Source: Alphaproteobacteria bacterium
GTDB taxonomy: Bacteria; Pseudomonadota; Alphaproteobacteria; UBA828
DNA length: 64,000 nucleotides
Reading direction: 5' to 3'
Assembly: GCA_965243315.1 (NCBI GenBank)
Contig: CBDEUP010000007.1
Location: forward strand, 1,833,668-1,897,667
Shown here: in pieces, positions 47,201 through 53,908 of the stretch
How the letters are laid out: each line of letters begins with the position of its first letter
How positions within the stretch are numbered: the stretch's first letter is position 1
Position numbers and translations under genes: made by a program
The notes under the pieces: generated by a model
Databases searched by the model: none
Told to the model about the DNA's origin: nothing
The model's input: the letters and a program-made list of their open reading frames with translations, nothing else

Positions 47201-49554
47201 TGGAGGCGGGGACCGGCTACGTCGTGGCGGCCGCGCCGGACCACACCGCGAGCGTCGAGGTCCGCGACGACGACGGGGCGGGCATGCCGGTGGTGAGCAT
47301 CGCGAGCGCGCAAAGCCCCGGCGCGACCGCGTTCGAGGGCGACGCGCTCGTCTTCACGGTGCGCGCCGACCCCGCGCCCGCGGCCGAGCTCGCCGTCACC
47401 GTCGGCGTCGCCGAGAGCGCGGGCAGCGCCTTCGTCGTCCCCGGCGGAACGGGGAACAAGACGGTGACGATTGCGGCGAACGCGCGCACGGCGACGCTGA
47501 GTGTCGCGACCGTCCAGGACACCGACGAGGAGGACCCGGCGTTCGCGACGGTGACGGCGACGGTGGCGCACGCGCCGGGCTACACCGTCGCCGATGCGCC
47601 GCGCGACAGCGCGCAGGCGACGGTCTCCGACGACGACGGGCTGCCCGGGGTCACCATCCACGACGCGCAAGCCGAAGAGGGCGACCCGATGTTCTTCCGG
47701 GTGACGCTCTCGAAGGCGGCGGCCCACACCGTCGAGGTGAAGTGGGCGACGAGGTTCGAGTACGACGCCAACAAGTGGGAGACCGGCAGCGCCCGCTACA
47801 CCCTCGACTACACGAGCGCCAACGGCATCCTGCGCTTCGCCCCGCGCGAGACCGTGCGCGAGATCCTGATCTACACCGTCGACGACGCCCACGACGAGGG
47901 CGACGAGACGTTCGAGGTGGAGCTCTCCGACCCTGTGGGGGCGGTGATAGCCGACGGCCTCGCGACGGGGACGATCACGAACGACGACCCGCTGCCCGCG
48001 GCCTGGCTCGCGCGCTTCGGGCGCACGGTGGCGGAGCAGGCGCTCGAGGGCGTCGCGGACCGCATCGCCGCCCCGCGCAAGCCGGGGATGCAGGGCACGC
48101 TCGCCGGGCAGGCGCTGAGCCCCTCGACAGGCTCGGGACAGGCGCTCGACCCGGCGGCTTCCGGCCAGGCGGCGGGCGGAACGCCCGGCACGGCGGCGCT
48201 CGCGCTCGCCGACGTGGCGCGCCGCTTCGGCGACGGCCCGTTCGATCCGTTCGGTCATGGCGCCGCGCCGGGCCCCGGCGCGGCGCAGGCGCAATCGCGC
48301 ACGATGACCGCGAGCGAGGCGCTGCTCGGGTCGAGCTTCACGCTGACCGGCGAGACGGACGGCGCGGGCGGCACCATGGCCTTCTGGGGCCGGGCGGCGC
48401 AGTCGAGCTTCGACGGCGTCGAGCGGGGCGCCGGCACCGACATCGCCCTCGACGGCACGGTGACCACCGGCATGCTGGGCGCGGACTATGCGCGCGGGCC
48501 CTGGCTGGTGGGGCTTGCGCTGACCCTGAGTTCGTCCGAGGGCAGCTATGCCGCCACCGGCGATCGGGATCCCTGTCCCGGTACGGACGCGGACCGGTGC
48601 GACGGCGCGGTGCGCGCCGGCGACGGCACGCTGGAGGCGTCGCTGACGGCGGCGGTGCCCTATGCGTCGTGGCGGGCCTCGGAGCGCCTCAAGCTCTGGG
48701 GCGCGCTCGGCTACGGCGCCGGCGAGGTGACGCTGAAGACGGGCATGGGCGAGCGCCTCGGCGCGGACATCGACTGGACCATGGCGGCGGCCGGCCTGCG
48801 GGGCGACGTGATCGCGCTGCCCATGGAAGGCTCCGGCCTTGCCCTCGCGGTGACCTCGGACGCCATGTGGGCGCGCACGGCCTCGGAGAAGACACGGGAC
48901 CTTGCGGCGTCGGAGTCCGACGTGACCCGGCTCAGGCTCGGGCTGGAGGGAAGCTACCGCGTCGCCCTCGAAGAGGGCGGCAGCCTGACGCCGAAGCTGG
49001 AGGTGGGCGCGCGCCATGACGGGGGCGACGCCGAGACCGGGTTCGGGGTCGAGCTCGGCGGCGGCATCGCCTGGGTCGACCCGGCGCTCGGGCTCTCGCT
49101 CGATCTCTCGGGCCGCACGCTGATCGCGCACGGCAACGACGACCTGGAGGACCATGGCTTCGCGGCTTCGCTCGCCTGGGACCCGGCCCCGGCGACGAAG
49201 CGGGGTCCGTCGCTGACGCTCACCCAGGACTGGGGCGGGCGGGCCGAGGGCGGCCTCGACGCGCTGTTCGCGCCGGACCCGCTGGAGGACCGGACGGGCA
49301 ATGGCGAGCCGACCTCCCGCTGGGCCATGGAGGCCGCATACGGCCTGCCGGCCTTCGGCGGGCGCTGGACCGGCAGCCCGCATGCCGGGCTGGGGCTCGC
49401 GACCGGCACGCGCGACTACACGATCGGCTGGCGGCTAGCGCCGGAAGCGGCCAACGCGCCCGACCTGTCGCTCGGTCTCAAGGCCACCCGCCGGGAGAGC
49501 GACACGGCCGAGCCCGAGCATAGCGTCGGGGTCGAAGTCCGTGCCAGATGGTGA
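38287..49554 (+). CDS. giant secreted surface protein (~3.7k aa): N-terminal signal peptide, >25 Calx-beta domains interleaved with a ~150 aa repeated module, C-terminal autotransporter-like outer-membrane beta-barrel
   Basis: Open frame 38122-49554. Plausible starts are ATG 38287 or GTG 38452 (MWRGLLAALLALPLAAGLAAGAQA|QSTV signal peptide). Calx-beta signatures recur, e.g. VTVTSGTAVRGEDF...LVEGDETFTVAIDTASLP...ATVTLFDDD. C-terminal 280 aa have alternating-hydrophobic beta-strands and end ...SVGVEVRARW (terminal aromatic typical of OMP barrels). Confidence 0.8.
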   Translation: MSAPSGRRLLPWRPLRRGASPPESSAAGHAASRPARTSSERSASSSSPARRGPRRVWRGLLAALLALPLAAGLAAGAQAQSTVSFAQSSYVVDEGEDATLTLQLSPARTVATEVRVTFVDLTTSPKDYDESAQTVTIPANATSATVTVGTEDDQFIEIKESARAHIDSGSLPSGVTVGTQGTTDIVITDNAVPALVFTPKALTVAEGGSASYEVALSHRPHHASASITVAISGQADTDLTLDKTSLTFGHSNWNQAQTVTVSAAADTDRTDDAATLDHAASSGVSKFNGVTGSLAVTVQENLPVIGVSAATSDFTEGDASKVAFSVTASGGETGDYPVSVTFGTSGAATQGTDYTLPASVTLSADGASVAVPILVADDDTVEGEETAAITIPAGSGYRPDKDAATHTMTIADNDHSISYRVRGTPVEGSTSTVIGRGNGIINFQQPTPQLASGETMTIPLSFADGTLGTDFTLAVGDHDFASASVDATTGVVSVTGPTSSAATFVVLLLASEDTDTTDDTVTVSVGSGATAGGGALVATRRGNGQLTMLDNDVSQSLTVEFTQSGFSVNEDRTVQPVARLSETARTDIDIPVTVTSGTATRGVDFESAAARTLTVFAGGTTGTVSIPMIDDDLTEGDETFTIAIDTASLPTGVTAKPGGHLQATVTILDNDETPTLSIAAPADADEGDGLASTRLFTVGLTRAVAGAVRYEVCFSGTAKSAADAHRSQELVDYRVQRDGAGVAAECLEDLTLAAGATASGQAVGIKVLGDTFAEPDETVVATLEMKAAPDGVLLGTSVATHVIGNDDGTEATLTLAPAPGAVTALVEGDAPAHFVIDGTGATPGAEYYVQLALGGEAKNGTDYRLEIRIDGQWHQLSRNLRRSIFSVFELPTRLRLFALADTAPEGDERAVLTLADAQGYAPGTPSEVTFVIGNGPPAVTVEAVEAAVTEGAPARFTVRLSEAQVADFDVAVRIAEDGDGDFVAGDDEGVQSFTVPAGETEAVLEVATDDDTTHEPGTAVTATVEPGAGYTVGTPASAAVAVADDGDLELSHGIFPATAGEGSTLGAARFYLRPQRALAAGETVTVPLAFTGGTLGTDFTLALDAASAQAFGSASLAAGTVTLTGPADRGRLLNVNLFAAEDDDADDEVVTLGFGAMSTSAGGDVGLMRFTSDRIKLLDNDVPQSLTVEFTRDALTIFEDIGLLEPILRLSEVARRDVAVKVTLTDGTAVRGADYESAATRTVTFPAGKEVSGLQVKILIDNEVEGDETFMVAIDTDSLPAGVTAKPGGNAEATVTILNDDTTASFAAAASSASEGAGAHTVTVNFTPPAASFTSLRYTVGGTARAGEDFTIAGSGSLSVPIDATSVDIEVAVVDDAVPEYAETVVLTLTDGGRRIALGATTVHILTIADDDAGTPPNPVRLSVSDAGAVAEGGTVTVTATLDHANATGGALAIPLAVRAAGTTAAPGDYTVASSIAIADGATAGTTDLAATDDDAVEAPETVVLALGAALPEGVAAGTPGHVTVTIADDDLGLTYGVRDWSATEGEPTSHARLFVRPQWALGAGETLTVPLTFTGGTLGTDFTLALEAASAARFAAATLAAGTVTLTGPARADAAVYVRLFAAEDDDAGDETVTLGVGTVASSTGAAVAASRQGDGRMTLLDNDGDLELRYGVLPATAAEGSTTALRQLWLTPRRALAAGEAVTVPLVFEGGTLGTDFTLAPGVHGFGSMVLAAGTLTLTGPANRGATGFVNLFALEDDDADDEVVTLGFGAASSSTGAAVTHTRFGDGRITLLDNDAPQSLTVEFASDAFGVYEHNGPAEPVLRLSEVPRRDVAVRVTVTSGTAVRGEDFLSAATRTATFPAGGATTTNVPMTLPNDALVEGDETFTVAIDTASLPANVTAKPGGNVRATVTLFDDDTATVGFARGALAVREGDAARPVLVLSKAFAADVTVGVEDAAGTATAPGDYAAGPYSVTFPAGAKRAAFDVATVADSTAEGAETFSLRIPAAGLPAGMGLAAAGAATPPEATVTVSESAPPSVPEAAFAAGESDAGEAAGTRTVTVHLVPPPTSPLALAYTVGGTATAGADFTIAGSGIVAVPAHATGVDIEVAVLDDTAQESDETLVLTLAAGAGYTVGAPGVHTLTLADDDAPPPAPVVSVAGTPGAEGGAPARFLLTARPRPAGSVAVTVAVTQSGGYAGPGETGTRTVTMDASGSALLDVAIADDAIDEPDGSFTATVRPGTGYAVHASAAAATVAVADDDPTRVTLAGSADAIPETGGTKTLTVRLARALVAPETLAVPLVFAGEAVRGLDYTLSCGNDTGAACRDLAGEAPRIEFSAGGRTATVTLAAAGDAINEGAGETVTVALGALDASSGTGLGGGAAGAGSVAFTITDDDAGPEPGIVLPDTDVAVVEGATASYELKLASDPGDGATVRVSVTSADTGAVTVSDTQSGVNGTQDWLDFTGGAAGTWSTAQTVTVAGVHDADSAHEADVALAHAASVQAGTSAPYAGLASRTLHVDVTEDDAAEVGFKQDAHAVDEGDDATLTLTFTRALGSDVTVRVLLTGLGATGSGVDFDSTPRSIAVPAGTVEQAFTVSTVEDEKFEGYETFQATILALGLPDDLALAAAHRSTVTIVDDEASVSPALDAGIHEGETLTYTVSGIDPAHASVTLLAATSSTATRDVDGTWDAGEDYRLLRPGDPEDTVLGATDTLTPSGGAVTFRIKTRADTDDTEGDETVVFEMELPGVLGEAALGTLALKNGPRLEAGVALSAQTLALDEGTTGTYTVALTLAPAPGETVTVTAASPDAGAVRVHAAGGSPGARATLTFTDATWSAAQTVTVTALSDFDASDERVDIAHAVEGTGAYADVTAPAVAVTVDDDEVPVVVSVAAGAAVDEGGAATFTVTATPAPPRTLRIALALGETGAFLAPGATLPAVHLSPTRASQSVSLATEDDTVNEAHGAVTLTVEAGTGYVVAAAPDHTASVEVRDDDGAGMPVVSIASAQSPGATAFEGDALVFTVRADPAPAAELAVTVGVAESAGSAFVVPGGTGNKTVTIAANARTATLSVATVQDTDEEDPAFATVTATVAHAPGYTVADAPRDSAQATVSDDDGLPGVTIHDAQAEEGDPMFFRVTLSKAAAHTVEVKWATRFEYDANKWETGSARYTLDYTSANGILRFAPRETVREILIYTVDDAHDEGDETFEVELSDPVGAVIADGLATGTITNDDPLPAAWLARFGRTVAEQALEGVADRIAAPRKPGMQGTLAGQALSPSTGSGQALDPAASGQAAGGTPGTAALALADVARRFGDGPFDPFGHGAAPGPGAAQAQSRTMTASEALLGSSFTLTGETDGAGGTMAFWGRAAQSSFDGVERGAGTDIALDGTVTTGMLGADYARGPWLVGLALTLSSSEGSYAATGDRDPCPGTDADRCDGAVRAGDGTLEASLTAAVPYASWRASERLKLWGALGYGAGEVTLKTGMGERLGADIDWTMAAAGLRGDVIALPMEGSGLALAVTSDAMWARTASEKTRDLAASESDVTRLRLGLEGSYRVALEEGGSLTPKLEVGARHDGGDAETGFGVELGGGIAWVDPALGLSLDLSGRTLIAHGNDDLEDHGFAASLAWDPAPATKRGPSLTLTQDWGGRAEGGLDALFAPDPLEDRTGNGEPTSRWAMEAAYGLPAFGGRWTGSPHAGLGLATGTRDYTIGWRLAPEAANAPDLSLGLKATRRESDTAEPEHSVGVEVRARW

Positions 49555-49567
49555 ACGACGCGAGTCC

Positions 49568-49712
49568 GATGCGCGATGCCGTGGAGACGGGCGACGGGAG
49601 CCGGGCATGGCTCTTCCTGCGCCGCGTCCCGGAATACGAGGCGGCATGGCGGGCGCGGCCACCGACGGCAGCGCCGGGCGTCATGCCCGGTGACGGTTGG
49701 CAAACCGGCTGA
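49568..49712 (+). pseudogene. N-terminal fragment of a DUF2285/DUF6499-type protein (a family usually found at the ends of alphaproteobacterial ICEs)
   Basis: MRDAVETGDGSRAWLFLRRVPEYEAAWRAR... resembles the conserved W.(F/W)LRRNP.Y...W N-terminal motif of that family, then terminates after ~47 codons. Family assignment is from memory. Confidence 0.3.
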
Positions 49713-49828
49713 TAGAGTGCGCCGGGAATCGCGGTCGGCGGCGGGGACTTCCGGGGCCGGGCCGGAGGGGCCGTCGCCCGCCGCCCTCTTGCACCCCTGG
49801 ACCCCGATGGACTGAAGTTGGAGTGAAT

Positions 49829-49854
49829 CCGCTTACAGTACGCTTACACCGGCC
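49829..49854. repeat. right copy of imperfect direct repeat CCGCTTACAGTACGCTTACACCGGCC (candidate attR core)
   Basis: See 7707-7734. Confidence 0.3.
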
Positions 49855-49856
49855 CG

Positions 49857-52013
49857 ATGGGACCGTCTTTGGATCGGGTCGGGATCGTGCCGCAAGATAT
49901 TGATAAAAAGACAAAAAACGCCGTAGCGCAAGGCCGATTCCGCATCGGGGTGGACGTGGGCGGCACCTTCACCGACCTCATCATTACCGACGGCGAGACG
50001 CGCGAGAGCGCGATCCACAAGGTGCCCACCACGCCGGACGACCCGTCGGAGGGGGCCGCCGCGGGCATCGCGGCACTCTGCGAGCGGAGCGGCACGGCGC
50101 CCGACGCCATCGCCCACGTCTTCCACGGCACCACGATCTCGACCAACGCGGTGCTCCAATACGACGGCGCCGAGACCGGCATGATCACCTCCGCCGGCTA
50201 CCGCGACATCATCCATATCGGCCGTCACCAGCGGCCCCAGAACTACTCGATCATGCAGGACATCCCGTGGCAGGCGCGCCCGCTGGTGCGCCGCCGGCAC
50301 CGCCTCACGGTGAAGGAGCGGCGGGTGCCGCCGCAGGGCGACGTGCTGGAGCCGCTCGACGAAGAGGGCGTGCGCCAGGCCGCGCGGACGCTGCGCGACA
50401 AGGGCGTAGAGGCCGTCGCCATCTGCTTCCTCTTCGCCTACATCGACCCCACGCATGAGGAGCGCGCGCGGGCCATCGTGTTGGAGGAATGGCCTGAGGC
50501 CTTCGTCACCACCTCGGCCCGGGTCGCGCCCCAGTTCCGCGAGTTCGAGCGCTTCACCACGGCGGCGATGAACGCCTTCATCGGCCCCAAGGTGCGCAAC
50601 TACGTGCGCCGCTTCGAGGACCGGCTGAAGCAGGGCGGCATCGCGGGCGACCTCCACATCATGGGGTCCAACGGCGGCGTCGCGACCGCGGCGATGGTGG
50701 CGGACGTGCCGGTCATCACCCTGATGTCGGGGCCGGCGGCCGGCGTGCTGGGCGGTGCCTGGGCGGCAGAGCATTCCGGCCGGCGCCGCCTCATCACCTT
50801 CGACGTGGGCGGCACCAGCGCCGACATCGGCATCGTGATCGACGGCCGCTACAACGAGGCCACCGCGCGCGACACCTGGATCGGCGGCTATCCGGTGCTC
50901 GTGCCGATGATCGACATCACCACCATCGGCGCAGGCGGCGGCAGCATCGCCCGCACCGATGCCGGCGGCGCCTTCAAGGTGGGGCCGGAGAGCGCGGGCT
51001 CCGAGCCCGGCCCCGCCTGCTATGGCAGGGGCGGGGACGCGCCCACGGTCACCGACGCCAACCTCGTGCTCGGCCGGCTGGATGCGGACAACTTCCTCGG
51101 CGGCGAGATGACGCTCGCGCCCGAGCGCGCCGATCAGGCGCTCACAGAGCTTGCCGAGACCCTCGGCGTTGACAAGCACGAGGCGGCCGAGGGCGTGCTC
51201 ACCATCGTCAACAGCAACATGGCGAACGCCATCCGCTCCAAGACGGTGCAAAAGGGCCTCGACCCGCGCGACTTCTCGCTGGTCGCCTTCGGCGGCGCGG
51301 GGCCGCTCCACGGCGCCGAGGTCGCGGCGATGCTCGACGTGCCCGAGGTCGTGGTGCCGCCCCATCCCGGCATCACGTCCGCGGCGGGGCTGCTCACCAC
51401 CGATCTCAAGTACGACCAGATCATGACCGCCTTTCAGGTCAAGGGCGCGGTCGATATCGGGCGGATCAACGGCGACTTCGCGTGTCTGAGCCGCGACCTC
51501 CTGGCCCAGTACGAGGCCGCCGGCCTCGGTGCCGACCGGGTGGAGGAGCGCCGTGCCGGCGACCTGCGCTACGTCGGCCAGGGCTACGAGCTGCGCGTGG
51601 CCTTCCCGGCGGATGAGCTGGACGAGGCCGGGCTGGAGGAGGTCTGGCAGGCCTTCCATGCCCTGCACGAGCAGGAATACGGCCACTGCTTCACCGAAAG
51701 CCCCATCGAGATCGTGAACATCCGCATCACCGGCGTCGGCCGCATGCCCAAGATCGCGGCACCGCCTGCGCCCGCCGGCGGATCGCTGGAAGAGGCGCGG
51801 GTCAAGACCGCGCGTTCGGTCTTCCGCGTGGACGGCGCGCTCGAGGGCTACGACACCGCGTTCTACAGGCGCGAGGCGCTGCCGGTCGACGAGCCGTTCG
51901 CCGGCCCCGCGGTCATCCTGCAAACGGATGCCACAACCGTGGTGCCGCCCGACTGGTCGGTGCGAGTCGACACGAGCGCCAACCTCATCTTGCGCCTGGG
52001 CGAGGAGGACTAG
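49857..52013 (+). CDS. hyuA: hydantoinase/oxoprolinase A subunit (Hydantoinase_A family, N-methylhydantoinase A/acetone carboxylase-like)
   Basis: 718 aa; FRIGVDVGGTFTDLIITDGE N-terminal ATPase motif; DVGGTSADIGIV second actin-fold phosphate motif. The true start may lie downstream of the AT-rich 49860-49920 leader. Confidence 0.9.
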   Translation: MGPSLDRVGIVPQDIDKKTKNAVAQGRFRIGVDVGGTFTDLIITDGETRESAIHKVPTTPDDPSEGAAAGIAALCERSGTAPDAIAHVFHGTTISTNAVLQYDGAETGMITSAGYRDIIHIGRHQRPQNYSIMQDIPWQARPLVRRRHRLTVKERRVPPQGDVLEPLDEEGVRQAARTLRDKGVEAVAICFLFAYIDPTHEERARAIVLEEWPEAFVTTSARVAPQFREFERFTTAAMNAFIGPKVRNYVRRFEDRLKQGGIAGDLHIMGSNGGVATAAMVADVPVITLMSGPAAGVLGGAWAAEHSGRRRLITFDVGGTSADIGIVIDGRYNEATARDTWIGGYPVLVPMIDITTIGAGGGSIARTDAGGAFKVGPESAGSEPGPACYGRGGDAPTVTDANLVLGRLDADNFLGGEMTLAPERADQALTELAETLGVDKHEAAEGVLTIVNSNMANAIRSKTVQKGLDPRDFSLVAFGGAGPLHGAEVAAMLDVPEVVVPPHPGITSAAGLLTTDLKYDQIMTAFQVKGAVDIGRINGDFACLSRDLLAQYEAAGLGADRVEERRAGDLRYVGQGYELRVAFPADELDEAGLEEVWQAFHALHEQEYGHCFTESPIEIVNIRITGVGRMPKIAAPPAPAGGSLEEARVKTARSVFRVDGALEGYDTAFYRREALPVDEPFAGPAVILQTDATTVVPPDWSVRVDTSANLILRLGEED

Positions 52014-52015
52014 AC

Positions 52016-53791
52016 ATGACTGATACGCCCAACATCCGCCCCATCGATGCCGTCACCGCCAGCGTGATCCAGGGCGCGTTGGAGAACATCGCGGTCGAGA
52101 TGGGCTGGAAGCTCATGCGCATGTCCTACTCCTCGATCATCCGCGAGTCCGAGGATTTCGGCGCTGCGATCATCGACCGCCACGGCCGCCAGCTCTGCGA
52201 ATCGAAGCACTCGACGCCGCTCCAGTCCGGTCCCATTCCCGGCTACGTGAAGGGCATGAACCAGATACTTGAGGAGCGCGGCCAGACGCTGCACGAGGGC
52301 GACGTCATCATCCACAACTCCGCCTATCACGGCGCGAGCCACGGGCCGGACGTGGCCTTCATCGTGCCGGTCTTCCATGACGGCGCGCTGGTGGGATACG
52401 CGGTCACCACCGCGCACCACCTCGATATCGGCGCGCTCAGCCCCGGCAGTTGCGGCATCGTCGATGCGATGGACGCCTACGCCGAGGGGCTCCAGTTCAA
52501 GGCTCTCAAGGCCTACGACCGGGGCGTAGTCAACGAGGCGCTCTGGCACATGATGCGCGACAACATCCGCGCGCCCGACATGGTGGTGGGCGACATGGAG
52601 GCGCAGGTCGCCGCCAGCCGGATCGGCGCCGAGCGCTATCTCGCGCTGATCGAGCGCCACAGTCTGGCGACGGTGGAGGCGGCGGCCGACGCGCTCATGG
52701 ACTATTCCGAGCGGCTCATGCGCCAGGCCATCGAGGCGCTGCCCGACGGCACCTACCAAGCCGAGGGCTACGTGGACGGCTTCCTCGACGACCCCGACCG
52801 GCGCCACTTCAAGGTCGCCGTTGCGGTCACCGTCAAAGGCAGCGACTTGGTGGTGGATCTCGCCGGCACGTCTGCGCAGTGCGACGACCGGCCCATCAAC
52901 ATGCCGCTCGAAGGCACGGTGGACTGCGCGATCTGGCTCACCGTCCGCTCGATCCTGCTGGACAGCGAGAGCTTCGGCGAGATTCCGCAGAACTCGGGCC
53001 TGATCCGCCCCATCACCATCGAGGCGCCGGAGGGCACGATCGCCAACCCCACCTTCCCAGCGCCCACCATCGCGCGCTTCGTCTCCGGCAACATCGTCGC
53101 CGATACGCTGATGAAGGCGCTCGCCCAGGCGGTGCCCGACAAGGTCTCCGCCGGGGTCGGCAACCTCAAGGTGATCGCGTTCTCCGGCCTCAAGGACGGC
53201 GGCCACTGGGTACACATGGACATCCACGAGGGCAGCTACGGGGGGCGCGCCGGCAAGGATGCGATGGACGCGGTCGATACCCTCTACGCCAACACCCGCA
53301 ACAACCCGATCGAGGACATCGAGTCCCACCTGCCGCTCCGCATCGCCCGCTACGAGCTGCGCGACGATGCGTCCGCCGCCGGGCGTTGGCGGGGCGGCAT
53401 CGGGTCCGTCCGCGAGGTCTCTTTCTTGGCCGACAGCTTCATCTCGGTCGAGGGCGACGGCCACGCCTTCCGCCCCTGGGGCTTCGAGGGAGGTGCCGAG
53501 GGAAAAGAGGCGGCGCTGATCTACCACCGCGCCGACGGCGAGGATGTTCATTTTCCCTCGATGATGCCGAACCGCGCGGTCAAGGCCGGCGAGAGCCTAA
53601 CGCTCACCGGCACCTGCGGCGGCGGCTACGGCTCAGCCGCCGAGCGTCCTGCGGACGCCGTGGCGGAGGATGTGCGCGACGGCTACATCTCGCGCGAGAC
53701 CGCCGAGAGCGACTATGGCGTCGTCGTCAGCGAAGACGGCGCACTCGACACCGCAGCCACCGAAGGCCGGCGCGGCAGTCCTGCCCCGTAA
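52016..53791 (+). CDS. hyuB: hydantoinase/oxoprolinase B subunit (Hydantoinase_B family)
   Basis: 591 aa; immediately follows hyuA (3 nt gap); conserved IRPIDAVTASVIQGALENIAVEMG ... HNSAYHGASHGPDV blocks. Confidence 0.9.
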   Translation: MTDTPNIRPIDAVTASVIQGALENIAVEMGWKLMRMSYSSIIRESEDFGAAIIDRHGRQLCESKHSTPLQSGPIPGYVKGMNQILEERGQTLHEGDVIIHNSAYHGASHGPDVAFIVPVFHDGALVGYAVTTAHHLDIGALSPGSCGIVDAMDAYAEGLQFKALKAYDRGVVNEALWHMMRDNIRAPDMVVGDMEAQVAASRIGAERYLALIERHSLATVEAAADALMDYSERLMRQAIEALPDGTYQAEGYVDGFLDDPDRRHFKVAVAVTVKGSDLVVDLAGTSAQCDDRPINMPLEGTVDCAIWLTVRSILLDSESFGEIPQNSGLIRPITIEAPEGTIANPTFPAPTIARFVSGNIVADTLMKALAQAVPDKVSAGVGNLKVIAFSGLKDGGHWVHMDIHEGSYGGRAGKDAMDAVDTLYANTRNNPIEDIESHLPLRIARYELRDDASAAGRWRGGIGSVREVSFLADSFISVEGDGHAFRPWGFEGGAEGKEAALIYHRADGEDVHFPSMMPNRAVKAGESLTLTGTCGGGYGSAAERPADAVAEDVRDGYISRETAESDYGVVVSEDGALDTAATEGRRGSPAP

Positions 53792-53908
53792 TCCGAACGG
53801 CGCCAGGCAAGCCATCCCCTGACAACAATATCTGGCTAAGCCCGCCGACTGATCGCCACGCGCCTCTACGGGCGGAAAGACCATCGCGGCGGCACGCAAG
53901 GGGAATTA

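Larger units (their letters stand above)
7550..49856. mobile_element. about 42 kb mosaic integrated mobilizable island (integrase + MobF relaxase + cargo) between the molybdenum hydroxylase operon and hyuA
   Basis: Run of integrases, relaxase, RM, recombinases, transposon and an adhesin-like giant gene separating two blocks of housekeeping genes; imperfect CGCTTAC-type direct repeats at 7707-7734 and 49829-49854; truncated gene remnants at both borders. Confidence 0.55.

Noticed and set aside
38962-49383. Very long minus-strand ORFs (1094, 1207, 1142 aa) across the giant gene
   Set aside because: Antisense to the Calx-beta gene; dominated by R/G/A/D/H/V codons produced by the GC-rich, repeat-rich sense strand.
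49681-51923. 696-aa minus ORF antisense to hyuA and long minus ORFs antisense to hyuB (52010..53551 -) and the MFS/racemase genes (54068..55267 -, 54862..56073 -)
   Set aside because: Antisense GC-frame artefacts; sense genes have clear family motifs.
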